This document shows positions 30,317 through 42,844 of a DNA stretch of 64,000 nt, one piece after another. How positions within the stretch are numbered: position 1 is the first letter of the stretch; each line of letters starts with the position of its first letter. The notes below the pieces were generated by a model. It searched no databases. It saw nothing but the letters and a program-made list of their open reading frames with translations, and was not told the origin of the DNA. Position numbers and translations under genes: made by a program. The DNA is from Pseudobdellovibrionaceae bacterium (GTDB taxonomy: Bacteria; Bdellovibrionota; Bdellovibrionia; Bdellovibrionales; JAMPXM01): the NCBI GenBank assembly GCA_021463345.1, contig JAJTYM010000002.1, forward strand, positions 99,646 through 163,645, read 5' to 3'.

Positions 30317-30345
30317 AAAATAAAACCCACATCCGAGGATGTGGG
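30316..30345 (-). terminator. Rho-independent terminator of the atpZ-I-B-E unit (the hairpin may also stop convergent uvrA)
   Basis: An 8-bp stem CCCACATC/GATGTGGG (30326-30333 and 30338-30345) has a 4-nt loop. On the minus strand it is followed by TTTTATTTTT (30316-30325). Confidence 0.8.
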
Positions 30346-30402
30346 TGATGCGGGCGAAACCACGCCTCGCCTTTCAAATTCGCTTCACTGGCGGTCAGCG
30401 AA

Positions 30403-30750
30403 TCACAGGCCGAAAACTTTGGTGATCGCACCGCTGATCGAGCCTTGAAGGAAGAGGCTGATCAGGAACGCGAAAAGAACGAGCGATTCCATGAGCGCCA
30501 AGGAAAGGATCAGCGGAACCGTGAATTTGCCAGAGGCGCTCGGGTTGCGGGCGATACCGTCGAGAGCCGCCGCCGCCGCGCGCCCTTGGCCCATCGTACC
30601 GCCGAGGACGGCGAGGCCAAGCATGATACCGACGCTGAGACCGATCCAGCCGAGCGATGAACCGACTTGAGCGGCGGCGTCCTGAGCGAAAGCGGGCACC
30701 GAGACGAGAGCCACACCAGCTGCGAAAACGATCTTCGAATGCATCTTCAT
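30403..30750 (-). CDS. atpE: F-type ATP synthase Fo subunit c with an N-terminal signal-peptide-like extension
   Basis: The helical hairpin has a GQGRAAAAALDGIARNP loop and the carboxylate in LALMESLV. The ATG at 30750 is preceded by AAGGAAG. The N-terminus MKMHSKIVFAAGVALVSVPAFA-QD looks like a Sec signal. Confidence 0.85.
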   Translation of the reverse strand: MKMHSKIVFAAGVALVSVPAFAQDAAAQVGSSLGWIGLSVGIMLGLAVLGGTMGQGRAAAAALDGIARNPSASGKFTVPLILSLALMESLVLFAFLISLFLQGSISGAITKVFGL

Positions 30751-30772
30751 TGCTTCTTCCTTTGTTGAGTTT

Positions 30773-31489
30773 TTAGTGGTCATCGGCCGAGGCCATGATG
30801 ACATAAACCATTGATAACAACGTAAAAACAAAAGCTTGAACAAAGGAAACGAACGTCCCCATGCCGTAGAAAATAACCGGTACGATCGCTTTAGTGAGGT
30901 CGATGAATGTACCGAGGATCGTATGATCCGCGGTCATATTGACGCTCAACCGGATACCTAGGCTAAATGGGCGAATGACGTTCGAAATGACTTCGATCGG
31001 GATCATGACGAGAGCGAGAAGCGCGGTTCCCCACCAAACACCCATGCTCGGTCCCGCGAAATGTTTCAGGTAAGAGATTCCAGCGTGCCTGAACCCCTCG
31101 ACATTGTAAAAAACGAACGAGCAGAGGCCGATGGCTAGAGCGGCATTGATGTTCGATGTCGCGGCCGTCATGCCCGGGATCAAACCAAACAAGTTGTTGA
31201 AAACGATGTACGCGAAAACCGGCCCGAATATCGGGACGTATTTGAGTTCGCCGTGACCAGAACCGAAAACCATGCGGATGATGCCGACGATGAATTCGGT
31301 GAGAGCTTCGAAGAAGCCTTTGAGAGAGAACCCGGACGCAGGCGCGATCGCGGCCTCACCGTTCCCCAAGGCCACGCGACCGACGGCGCTGAAAAGAACG
31401 ACCAGGGCGGTCACGCAAAGGCTGACGGCTGCATACGTGTAGTGGTGATCGACGTGCGCGAGATCAAACCAAGTGAAATGGCTACCCAT
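30773..31489 (-). CDS. atpB: F-type ATP synthase Fo subunit a
   Basis: The start is MGSHFTWFDL... The protein is polytopic and carries the conserved Arg context (FSLGIRLSVNMTADH). Confidence 0.9.
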   Translation of the reverse strand: MGSHFTWFDLAHVDHHYTYAAVSLCVTALVVLFSAVGRVALGNGEAAIAPASGFSLKGFFEALTEFIVGIIRMVFGSGHGELKYVPIFGPVFAYIVFNNLFGLIPGMTAATSNINAALAIGLCSFVFYNVEGFRHAGISYLKHFAGPSMGVWWGTALLALVMIPIEVISNVIRPFSLGIRLSVNMTADHTILGTFIDLTKAIVPVIFYGMGTFVSFVQAFVFTLLSMVYVIMASADDH

Positions 31490-31845
31490 TACCGTTCTGC
31501 CTTCTCTGGAGATTCCCGGGATACCACAAACGCCGTCACGACAACGCTCACAACCACGGTCGTCAATCCGGCGGCGAACCACCCCAAATCGACGGCTCGC
31601 GAAAAGACCGTGACATAAACGATTGAACCGAGAATCGCGAATTTAAGTACAATGACACCGACCGACAAGGCAACCAGTTTTTTTGCCAATATCCACGGCC
31701 ACGTGAGCACCAAAGACAGCAGATTGAACCAGGAAACGCCAGCTCCTAAAGCGAAACCCTTCGCCGCGACTTCACCCGCTCCGTACGCGAGAATGACCGT
31801 ACCCGCCGCGCCCAGCAGAAAGTGAAATGCAACGAGGAATTTCAT
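31489..31845 (-). CDS. atpI: ATP synthase protein I-like small membrane protein
   Basis: A 118-aa protein with 4 predicted TM helices lies directly upstream of atpB, with a 1-nt TAATG overlap. The start is MKFLVAFHFLL. Confidence 0.6.
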   Translation of the reverse strand: MKFLVAFHFLLGAAGTVILAYGAGEVAAKGFALGAGVSWFNLLSLVLTWPWILAKKLVALSVGVIVLKFAILGSIVYVTVFSRAVDLGWFAAGLTTVVVSVVVTAFVVSRESPEKAER

Positions 31846-32099
31846 CTCTGATCCGGAGGCTCTTGACGGCCGCGGCTCTCGTCCTCCGCGGCTTCGCGCT
31901 CGAATTTTTTTGCGAGCATCAATAGGTGGATGATCCAACCGATGAGGGCGGCGCCGATGGCGGCGGCCACCCCGAGCCCTCCCCAACCGAACGTTTTGTC
32001 TACCCAGCCACCGAAATAGACGCCGGCGATCACCAACCCCGCGATTTCAAAGCCCATGGCCGCGAAGACGGCCATCTTCCGGTCCATCATTTTCTCCAT
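31842..32099 (-). CDS. AtpZ/ATPase_gene1-family small membrane protein
   Basis: The sequence is [38 protein letters not shown]... It has two TM helices and the family-typical G-rich first helix. It overlaps atpI by 4 nt. Confidence 0.6.
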   Translation of the reverse strand: MEKMMDRKMAVFAAMGFEIAGLVIAGVYFGGWVDKTFGWGGLGVAAAIGAALIGWIIHLLMLAKKFEREAAEDESRGRQEPPDQR

Positions 32100-32926
32100 C
32101 CCCGCGCGCCTGGCAAATACCCTTGGCGCTCCCGCAAGCTCTTGATCCGAGCTTCCACGAACTCTTTGTTGGGGTACGTCTCCTTGATCGAGTCCAGGGT
32201 TTCTATCGCTTTGGAGAAGTCCCTTTTTTCTTCGTAGCAAACCGAGAGAACGAGGCCGATCTGCCGCTCTTTGCTCTCCTCCGGGTACTTCACGAGGATT
32301 TCTTTGAGAACCGCGATCGCCTCGTCGTATTTCTTCGTCTGCAGCAGGATATTGGCCTTGAGTTCGAGGGCGTCGAACAAGCCGCGCGGCTCGTAATCCC
32401 GCGAAAGGACCACGTCGGCTTCGACCAGCGCTTGAAAGAAGTTATTCATGTAAAAGTAGCTGCGCGCGATCGCGAGCCTGTATGCCAAGCCTTCCGACTT
32501 GGAATGCGGCAGCTCCAGGAGGCGATTGAACTCGACCACGGCCTGAGAGTAATTGTGCAGGTTCTCGAAATTGATCTCGGCGATGCGCTTTTGCGCTTCG
32601 AGCCGGTCCGCGGCCGACGGCGAATAGATGACGACGTGTTTGTAGTAATCGACCGCTTTCGAATAATCCTTCACTTCGTAGTAAGCGATCCGCGCCGCTT
32701 CCCGCGCCGCCCGCAGGGCCAGCTCGGTCTTGACGTAACGCTTGACGACGGCGCCATAGTGCTCGAGCGAACTCGAGAAATCGCTCGCCTTGGCGGCTTT
32801 CTCGCCCTTTTCAAACTCGATTTTCTGCGCGGACAACTGACAGCCCGCGAGCAGGAACCCGGCGACGGCGAGGCAAGCGACAAACGGGCTTCGGTCAATT
32901 CTTCGCAAGACCGTCTTCACCCGCAT
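32087..32926 (-). CDS. TPR-repeat lipoprotein (BamD/YfiO-like architecture; identity not certain)
   Basis: The lipobox is FLLAGC, followed by TPR-like repeats ([36 protein letters not shown]). Its start overlaps the gyrA 3' end by about 32 nt. Confidence 0.65.
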   Translation of the reverse strand: MRVKTVLRRIDRSPFVACLAVAGFLLAGCQLSAQKIEFEKGEKAAKASDFSSSLEHYGAVVKRYVKTELALRAAREAARIAYYEVKDYSKAVDYYKHVVIYSPSAADRLEAQKRIAEINFENLHNYSQAVVEFNRLLELPHSKSEGLAYRLAIARSYFYMNNFFQALVEADVVLSRDYEPRGLFDALELKANILLQTKKYDEAIAVLKEILVKYPEESKERQIGLVLSVCYEEKRDFSKAIETLDSIKETYPNKEFVEARIKSLRERQGYLPGARGWRK

Positions 32927-35390
32927 CTTCGGTGATCAACGCGAGGCCCGTGACCTTTTCGTCCGGCTTGAGATCGATGAGCTTCACGCCCTGGGTGTTG
33001 CGGCCGACGATCGAGATATCCGAACAGTTCATGCGGATGACCTGGCCTTTGTCGGTCGTGATCATGACCTCGTCGGTGTCGAGGACGGAACGCGTGCCGA
33101 CGACGAGACCGACCTTGTCCGTCGTTTTCTGCGTGATGATGCCCACGCCTCCGCGGCTCTGCGCGCGGTATTCTTCGATCGGCGTGCGTTTGCCGAAACC
33201 GTTCTCCGTGACCATGAGTATGGTGGCCTTGCCGGACTTGTCGAGGATTTCAAGGCCAACGACAGCGTCTTTTTCCGAGAGCGTGACGCCGCGGACGCCG
33301 CGAGCCGTCCGGCCCATCGATCGCACGTCGCCCTCGTCAAAACGGATCGACATGCCTTCACGGGTCGCGATGAACACGTCGCACTTGCCGTTGGATATCT
33401 TGGCGTCGATCACGCGATCATCGAGATCCGTCGTCAACGCGAGGATGCCGGAGGGACGCGGGTTCGAGAACGCGTCGAGACTCGTTTTCTTGATCACGCC
33501 TTTCTCCGTGAGCATGACCACGTACGAATTCTCGTCGAATTCCTCGATCGGGAGGATCGCCTGCACTTTCTCTTTGCCGCTCAGCTGAATGACGTTGTTG
33601 ATCGCCTTGCCTTTGCTGGAGCGGGTCCCGAGCGGCAACCTATGGACCTTTACCCAATACAACTTGCCCGTGTCGGTGAACACGAGAAGGGTCGTGAGCG
33701 TGTTGGCCACGAAGATGTGCGAGACGAAATCCTCCTCGCGCGTTTCGATGCCTTTCAAGCCCTTGCCGCCTCGCTTTTGCAACCGGTATTGATCGAGCGG
33801 GATGCGCTTGATGTAACCGGTCGCGGTCATCATGACGACCATCGGTTCCTGAGCGATCAGGTCTTCGTCCTCGATGTCCGTGCTTTCGCCGGTGATTTTC
33901 GTGCGGCGCGGGTTGCTGAATTTGTTTTTGATCTCGGTGAGTTCCTTCACGATGATCTCGTAGATCTTCGCGACGTCCGAGAGGACGTCTTGCAGCCACC
34001 TGATGTATTTGCCGATCTCCTCGAGCTCATCGACGATTTTCTGGCGCTCCAGGCCCGTGAGGCGCTGCAGGCGCATGTCGAGGATCGCCTGAGCCTGCTT
34101 CTCCGAAAAAACGAACTTCTCTATCAACGCGAGTTTCGCCGCGCCGGCCTCTTTGGAGGCTCGGATCACGGCGACGATCTCATCGATGATGTCGAGGGCC
34201 TTTTTCAGGCCCTCGAGGATGTGGGCTCGGTCTTCGGCTTTTTTGAGTTCGAAGATGCAACGCTTGGTGACGACGTCCTTGCGGTGCTCGACGAACGCTT
34301 CGAGCATGGATCTCAGGTCGAAAGTCTTCGGTTGGTTGCGCGCGTCCAGAGCGAGCATGCGGATGCCGAAACTCACCTGCATTTGCGTGAATTTGTAGAG
34401 GCGGTTGAGGATCACGCTGGCGTTTTCGCCCCTCTTGAGCGTGATGACGATACGCATGCCTTCTCGCGAGCTTTCGTCGCGGATATCCGAAATGCCTTCG
34501 AGCTTCTTCTCGTGAACGAGGTCCGCGATCGATTCGATCAGCTTCGCCTTGTTCACCTGGTATGGGATCTCCGTGACGATGATCTCTTCGCGATCCTTGT
34601 TCGGCACGATCTCGGCGACGGCCTGGAGCGTGATAATGCCCGCGCCCTTTTTGTACGCCGCCGCGATCCCCTCGCGGCCAGCGATCACGCCGGCCGTCGG
34701 GAAATCCGGCCCCGGTATGACCTTCATGAGATCGTCAACGGTCATGTCGGGGTTGTTGATGAGGCCGATGCAGCCGTCGATCACCTCTCCCAGGTTGTGC
34801 GGCGGGATGTTCGTTGCCATGCCGACCGCGATTCCGGCGCTTCCGTTGACGAGCAGGTTGGGGAACTTCGCTGGCAGGATCAGTGGAATCTGCAGCGAAT
34901 CGTCGTAATTCGGGCCGAAAGGGACGGTTTCCTTCTCGATGTCTTCGAGCAGCGCTTCCGCGAGCTCCATCATGCGGATTTCGGTGTAGCGTTGGGCCGC
35001 GGCCGTGTCGCCGTCAACCGAACCGAAATTGCCTTGTCCATCGATGAGAGGGTAACGGAGCGAGAAGTCCTGGGCCATCCGCACGATCGTCTCATAGACG
35101 GCCAAATCGCCGTGCGGATGGTACTTGCCGATGACGTCGCCGACGACGCGCGCTGACTTCTTGTACGGCTTGTCGTGCGTGTTGTTGAGATCGTACATCG
35201 CGTAAAGGATCCTGCGATGCACCGGCTTCAAGCCATCGCGCACGTCCGGCAACGCGCGGCCGACGATGACGCTCATCGAGTACTGGAGGTAAGCCTCCTG
35301 CATCTCTTTGTTGATGTCGACGACCGCTACGCCCTTCAGCGGAGGGGTCGCACCATTACCGTTCGCGGCGGTGATGTTGTCATTTGTCAT
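32895..35390 (-). CDS. gyrA: DNA gyrase subunit A
   Basis: The 831-aa product has [17 protein letters not shown], the active-site Tyr context (AAQRYTE) and C-terminal beta-pinwheel repeats. Confidence 0.97.
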   Translation of the reverse strand: MTNDNITAANGNGATPPLKGVAVVDINKEMQEAYLQYSMSVIVGRALPDVRDGLKPVHRRILYAMYDLNNTHDKPYKKSARVVGDVIGKYHPHGDLAVYETIVRMAQDFSLRYPLIDGQGNFGSVDGDTAAAQRYTEIRMMELAEALLEDIEKETVPFGPNYDDSLQIPLILPAKFPNLLVNGSAGIAVGMATNIPPHNLGEVIDGCIGLINNPDMTVDDLMKVIPGPDFPTAGVIAGREGIAAAYKKGAGIITLQAVAEIVPNKDREEIIVTEIPYQVNKAKLIESIADLVHEKKLEGISDIRDESSREGMRIVITLKRGENASVILNRLYKFTQMQVSFGIRMLALDARNQPKTFDLRSMLEAFVEHRKDVVTKRCIFELKKAEDRAHILEGLKKALDIIDEIVAVIRASKEAGAAKLALIEKFVFSEKQAQAILDMRLQRLTGLERQKIVDELEEIGKYIRWLQDVLSDVAKIYEIIVKELTEIKNKFSNPRRTKITGESTDIEDEDLIAQEPMVVMMTATGYIKRIPLDQYRLQKRGGKGLKGIETREEDFVSHIFVANTLTTLLVFTDTGKLYWVKVHRLPLGTRSSKGKAINNVIQLSGKEKVQAILPIEEFDENSYVVMLTEKGVIKKTSLDAFSNPRPSGILALTTDLDDRVIDAKISNGKCDVFIATREGMSIRFDEGDVRSMGRTARGVRGVTLSEKDAVVGLEILDKSGKATILMVTENGFGKRTPIEEYRAQSRGGVGIITQKTTDKVGLVVGTRSVLDTDEVMITTDKGQVIRMNCSDISIVGRNTQGVKLIDLKPDEKVTGLALITEDAGEDGLAKN

Positions 35391-39043
<3,653 letters not shown>

Positions 39044-39061
39044 CTCAAGTCCTGGCGGTCT

Positions 39062-40186
39062 TCAAATGCGCATCGGCATCACCACGCACGTGTACGAAGC
39101 ATCGTTGTGCGGGCGGATGAGGCCGGGCGAGAGTTGATCGTTGAGCTCGATGTCGACTTCATCGTCATCGAAGCTGTTGAGAACGTCGAGGATGTAGCGC
39201 GCGTTGAAACCGATTTTGAGTTCGGATCCTTTGTAACGGCACTCGATCTCCTCTTTGGCGTCGCCAAGCTCCGGGTTGTTCGAGGTGATTTCGAGCCGCC
39301 CCGGCGAAAGCGCAAGCGTCACGCCCTTGTACTTCTGGTTCGACAGCAACGAAACGCGCTTGAGCGAGGAGAGCAACGTTTCGCGGTGAACGTGAGCCTG
39401 ACGCCCCAAGTTCTGTGGAATCAACTGTTGATAATTGGGATATTTGCCCTCGATCAAACGCACCATCAGCACCGTTGAACTATGGCGCACGATCAGCTGA
39501 GACCCTTCGATCGCCATTTCGAAGTGGCCGGTGACGTTGTCGAGAAGCTTGCGAATCTCGGTGAGGCCTTTGCGCGGGATAATCACGCCTTGGGCGTTCA
39601 CGGCCGCCCCCTTCGCCTCAGCTTCCGCCTTTCGATCGACAAGGGAAAGACGGTGACCGTCGGTGGCGACCATGCGGTAAACGTCTTTGCCGTCCTCGAC
39701 GCTCCTTTCGAAATAAACGCCGTTCAAGTGGTAACGCGTTTCATCGTTGGAAACGCTGTAAATGGTCTTCTCAATCATGTCGGCCAGGACGATCGCGTCG
39801 ATTTTCATGAAGTCCTGAGTCGAATACGTCGGGAAAACCGGATACTCCTCAGCTCCGATGCCGACAATGTTGAACACCGAGCGGTTCTGCTTGATTTCGA
39901 GCCAGTTGTTTTCCTTTTTGGCGAGTTGAATCGGGCCTTCAGCGAGCTCCTTGACGATTTCGAAAAGATTCTTCGCGTTGACCGCGACGCGCACCGCCGC
40001 GCCTTTGATGACGGGGACTTCGTCAGTGAGGCTGACCTCCAGGTCAGTGGCGAAGACTTTGAGTTTCTTCTCATCGGCTTCCAAAAGCACGTTCACGAGG
40101 ATCGGCATTGTGTTCCGCTTCTCGACGATGTTTTGGGTTTTGCTGAGGAGAGAGATCAGGTCCTTTTTTTCAACTTCAATCATCAT
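39062..40186 (-). CDS. dnaN: DNA polymerase III beta sliding clamp
   Basis: A 374-aa protein with a three-domain clamp pattern lies between dnaA and recF. GGAG is upstream of the ATG. Confidence 0.95.
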   Translation of the reverse strand: MMIEVEKKDLISLLSKTQNIVEKRNTMPILVNVLLEADEKKLKVFATDLEVSLTDEVPVIKGAAVRVAVNAKNLFEIVKELAEGPIQLAKKENNWLEIKQNRSVFNIVGIGAEEYPVFPTYSTQDFMKIDAIVLADMIEKTIYSVSNDETRYHLNGVYFERSVEDGKDVYRMVATDGHRLSLVDRKAEAEAKGAAVNAQGVIIPRKGLTEIRKLLDNVTGHFEMAIEGSQLIVRHSSTVLMVRLIEGKYPNYQQLIPQNLGRQAHVHRETLLSSLKRVSLLSNQKYKGVTLALSPGRLEITSNNPELGDAKEEIECRYKGSELKIGFNARYILDVLNSFDDDEVDIELNDQLSPGLIRPHNDASYTCVVMPMRI

Positions 40187-40249
40187 GAATTGGAACTCCG
40201 CTCTTCGGACTCTTCTGTGGCTCTTTTCGGTCTCTCGGTCTGTGCTCTC

Positions 40250-40275
40250 TAAAAGCTATTTTTTATAATTAAAAA
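40250..40275. other. AT-rich tract, candidate DNA unwinding element
   Basis: TAAAAGCTATTTTTTATAATTAAAAA has 24 of 26 A/T, in a genome that is otherwise about 60% GC. Confidence 0.6.
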
Positions 40276-40346
40276 CTAGTAGCTGCAGTAGGGGGTGTTA
40301 GAAACCGGTTCTATATGCTAAGGCACTGGAAAAACTCAAAAATTCC

Positions 40347-40355
40347 TGTGGAAAA
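40347..40355. promoter_or_regulatory. DnaA box-like 9-mer TGTGGAAAA
   Basis: It has one mismatch to the TGTGGATAA consensus (reverse orientation of TTATCCACA). Confidence 0.55.
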
Positions 40356-40427
40356 ATCTCCCTGGAACGAACCTGTTTTAAGCATCGAAAATGTTGAAAA
40401 GCAAGATCCCCATTTTTTCACACAGCG

Positions 40428-40436
40428 TTTTCCACA
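40428..40436. promoter_or_regulatory. DnaA box-like 9-mer TTTTCCACA
   Basis: It has one mismatch to TTATCCACA and is inverted relative to the box at 40347. A weaker TTTTTCACA lies 5 nt upstream at 40414-40422. Confidence 0.55.
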
Positions 40437-40456
40437 GGCTTTCATACATTCACAAT

Positions 40457-41878
40457 TCACACGCCTGTTATGTTGTGGATTCTGCCTTGCAACTCTTCGA
40501 CATCCTTCTTTAAATCAGAATCTTTGAGCAGTTGACTCTCGATTCGCTTGATCGCGTTGATGACCGTTGTATGGTCCTTGCCGCCGAATGCGCGGCCGAT
40601 TTCGACGAGTGATTTGTCGAGATATTTTTTGATCAAAAACATCGCGACTTGGCGAGCGATGACGAGAGGCTGCGAGCGGTTTTTCGATTTTAGGTCGACC
40701 ACACGCACGCGGTAGTGGTCGGCGACAAGGCGTTGAATATCCTCCACCGTGATCGTTGCCGTGTCGTCATGGGTGGCGAGCACGCGTTTGGCGAGTTCGG
40801 CGTTGATTTCAAAACCTTGCAGTTCGGAGAACATCTTTACCTTGGTCAGGTTCCCTTCAAGCTCACGAATCGATCGTTTGGAAATGCGAGCGATGTAGCT
40901 GACGACATCGTCAGGGATCCGCAAATCACGTTGCTCAGCCTTGTAGCGAAGGATAGCCACGCGAGTTTCAATATCCGGCATTTGGATATCCGTGATTAGT
41001 CCCCACTCCAGGCGCGTGCGTATCCGATCCTCAAGACCTTTGATGTCTTTCGGCATACGATCACTGGCGACCACGACTTGGCGCCCCTTTTCGAAAAAGT
41101 CGTTAAGAGTGTGGAAAAACTCCTCTTGTACAGCCTCACCACGGCCTAAAATTTGGATGTCGTCCATGAGAAGAACGTCGCAGCGCTCACGATAGCGCAG
41201 GCGGAATTTATCCATTTCGTTGCGACGAATGCTCGAAATGCATTCATTCAAGAATCGCTCGGCTGAAAGATAGCAAATCCGGCTGTGTGGACTGGTTTGG
41301 CGTATGTGATTACCCACGGCGTTGAGCAAGTGGGTTTTGCCCATGCCGGTTGGCCCGTGGATGAACAAGGGATTGTAGTTATCGGTGCCTGGATGCTCCG
41401 CGACACGAAAGCAGGCCGCGTGGGCGAACTCGTTATTGCGACCAACGACGAACGTATTGAACGTGTATTCAGAATCGAGGAAGTCGCGGCGCATGCCCCG
41501 ATCTTCGGTGGCGCCAGGGCCTGAAGGCGCCTTGTAGCCTTCAGGGTTTTTCTGATTGAGATTCAAAGCTTGTTGAAGGGCGCCCGGATTTTCGGGCTCC
41601 ACTTGTAAATTCTGCCCGGTTACGACGAGATCGATCTCAAAGGGGCCTTGGTAGACGGTTTCGATCTCTGAGCAGATTCGATCGAGAAGATTCTCTGAAA
41701 TCCAATATTTATGAAGTTCGGTAGGGACACCCAAATGAAAGCGTCGGCCGCCCAGCGCCTCGTCGCAACCGATTAATTCCGTGGGTTCGAACCAAGTCTG
41801 GAGAAGCTTGTTCTCGGAGTTCTTGGATTTGAGGTTCGTCTTTACCGCACTCCAAAACTCGTTGATCGAAGCATCCAT
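40457..41878 (-). CDS. dnaA: Chromosomal replication initiator protein DnaA
   Basis: The AAA+ domain has GPTGMGKTHLL and LLMDDIQ. The C-terminal DNA-binding domain has FGGKDHTTVINAIKR. I chose the start MDASINEFWSAVKTNL (41878) by analogy to the LWQQCL N-terminus. The alternative ATG at 41968 has a better SD. The track ORF to 42103 overlaps rpmH. Confidence 0.9.
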   Translation of the reverse strand: MDASINEFWSAVKTNLKSKNSENKLLQTWFEPTELIGCDEALGGRRFHLGVPTELHKYWISENLLDRICSEIETVYQGPFEIDLVVTGQNLQVEPENPGALQQALNLNQKNPEGYKAPSGPGATEDRGMRRDFLDSEYTFNTFVVGRNNEFAHAACFRVAEHPGTDNYNPLFIHGPTGMGKTHLLNAVGNHIRQTSPHSRICYLSAERFLNECISSIRRNEMDKFRLRYRERCDVLLMDDIQILGRGEAVQEEFFHTLNDFFEKGRQVVVASDRMPKDIKGLEDRIRTRLEWGLITDIQMPDIETRVAILRYKAEQRDLRIPDDVVSYIARISKRSIRELEGNLTKVKMFSELQGFEINAELAKRVLATHDDTATITVEDIQRLVADHYRVRVVDLKSKNRSQPLVIARQVAMFLIKKYLDKSLVEIGRAFGGKDHTTVINAIKRIESQLLKDSDLKKDVEELQGRIHNITGV

Positions 41879-42085
41879 AGGCCGTCCCGTGAAAATTGCG
41901 TTTTCGGTGGTGGTCTCAATCCGTATTTTGGGCCAAAGCTGCGGGTCTTCGTTGAGTGCAAAGGTCATAACAGGGGCCTTCCCGGTTTTCAACAACTTGA
42001 CGGTTGAGCGTCCTTGTGGTTTCTTATCGCGCTCGAGCTTTCCCTCAATTGACGTAATTTTGTTGTCGTATCGCAGAGGTATCCG

Positions 42086-42235
42086 ATGAAACGCACCTAC
42101 CAACCCAGCCGTCGTCGTCGCAAATCAACGCATGGGTTCCGTGCCCGCATGGCGACTAAGGATGGCCAACAAATCATCTCCCGACGTCGGGCTAAGGGCC
42201 GCAAACGTCTTACGGTTGATTTGGGTGGCAAGTAA
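42086..42235 (+). CDS. rpmH: 50S ribosomal protein L34
   Basis: This gene is not in the ORF track because it is under 60 aa. My translation is [54 protein letters not shown] lies 6 nt upstream of the ATG. Confidence 0.95.
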   Translation: MKRTYQPSRRRRKSTHGFRARMATKDGQQIISRRRAKGRKRLTVDLGGK

Positions 42236-42614
42236 GGGCCTGGAGGGCGGGCGGCTGAGGTCGGCACGCCTGAGCGTCCTTCGCAATCGCAGCGACTTTC
42301 TAAATCTTGCGAAAAACGGTCAGCGCGTCCGCGCCGGCGGGTGGTTGGTTCTCAACTTTCTGCCTAATTCTTTTGGACATGTTCGCTGTGGCTGGACCCT
42401 TCCTGGAAAAATAGGCAAGGCCGTCACCCGCAATCGACTCAAACGTTGGTCGCGAGTTTATTTTCGCGAACGCGTTTTGTTTGAAGGCGAACTCGCTGTC
42501 GACGTCAATCTAGTGTTCCTTAAAACAGGCGGCGACTTTTATAAAAAGCTGGATTATGACGAGTTTTCGGCGAATTTGGACAGAGCTTGGGCGCTACTGC
42601 GAAAGCGCCTTTAG
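42225..42614 (+). CDS. rnpA: RNase P protein component
   Basis: The RNR motif region is [19 protein letters not shown]. The frame is open from the ATG at 42132, inside rpmH. The GTG at 42225 gives a canonical length of about 129 aa. The start is unresolved. Confidence 0.8.
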   Translation: MASKGLEGGRLRSARLSVLRNRSDFLNLAKNGQRVRAGGWLVLNFLPNSFGHVRCGWTLPGKIGKAVTRNRLKRWSRVYFRERVLFEGELAVDVNLVFLKTGGDFYKKLDYDEFSANLDRAWALLRKRL

Positions 42615-42840
42615 ATCATTGCTCCTTCTTTTCGTTGGAGGGTATCGCACGATCGGTACCACCCATCTGGGCGGCGCTTGCCGCTTCGAACCCAGCTGTT
42701 CCGAATACGCGGTGGAAGCTATCGCCAAGCATCCGCCGCTCCGCGCGACGCGTTTCATCGCCGCCCGTATCGTGAAATGTCGGCCTGGCGGTGAGTTTGG
42801 ATTCGACCCGGTGCCGCCTGTGACGGCGGGAAAGGCATGA
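42556..42840 (+). CDS. yidD: Membrane protein insertion efficiency factor YidD
   Basis: The signature is CRFEPSCSEYAVEAI...RIVKCRPGGEFGFDPVP. The 5' end overlaps rnpA, and the true start may lie downstream of 42556. Confidence 0.8.
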   Translation: MTSFRRIWTELGRYCESAFRSLLLLFVGGYRTIGTTHLGGACRFEPSCSEYAVEAIAKHPPLRATRFIAARIVKCRPGGEFGFDPVPPVTAGKA

Positions 42841-42844
42841 GCCC

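Larger units (their letters stand above)
40187..40456. other. Probable chromosomal replication origin oriC (dnaA-dnaN spacer)
   Basis: The 270-bp non-coding spacer has DnaA-box-like 9-mers at 40347-40355, 40414-40422 and 40428-40436, plus TGTGGATTC at 40474-40482. A 26-nt tract at 40250-40275 has only 2 G/C. An in-phase TAG TAG CTG CAG TAG run lies next to a G5 cluster. Confidence 0.7.

Noticed and set aside
40315-40527. A 70-aa plus-strand ORF within the dnaA-dnaN spacer.
   Set aside because: It spans the DnaA-box cluster and runs into the dnaA 3' end antisense. It has no SD and AT-rich composition typical of origin DNA rather than coding sequence.
41783-41793. GGGTTCGAACC, a string resembling a tRNA T-arm.
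   Set aside because: It lies inside dnaA coding sequence with no acceptor, anticodon or D-arm context. I found no tRNA in any intergenic region I inspected.
41879-42085. The dnaA-rpmH spacer as a second oriC module, as in the Bacillus bipartite origin.
   Set aside because: I found only weak box-like strings (for example TGTGGTTTC, 3 mismatches) and no AT-rich tract. It is more likely just divergent dnaA and rpmH promoters. I cannot exclude weak boxes without a matrix scan.
41879-42103. 5' extensions of track ORFs, including dnaA to 42103, dapB to 1292, ftsK to 6623, sdhB to 17242, queE from 6553, mnmE from 44835, atpB to 31582 and atpE to 30843.
   Set aside because: The extensions are Arg-rich junk and overlap neighbouring genes (the dnaA extension would cover the rpmH start). 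Internal ATGs align with the canonical family N-termini, and several have SD sequences.
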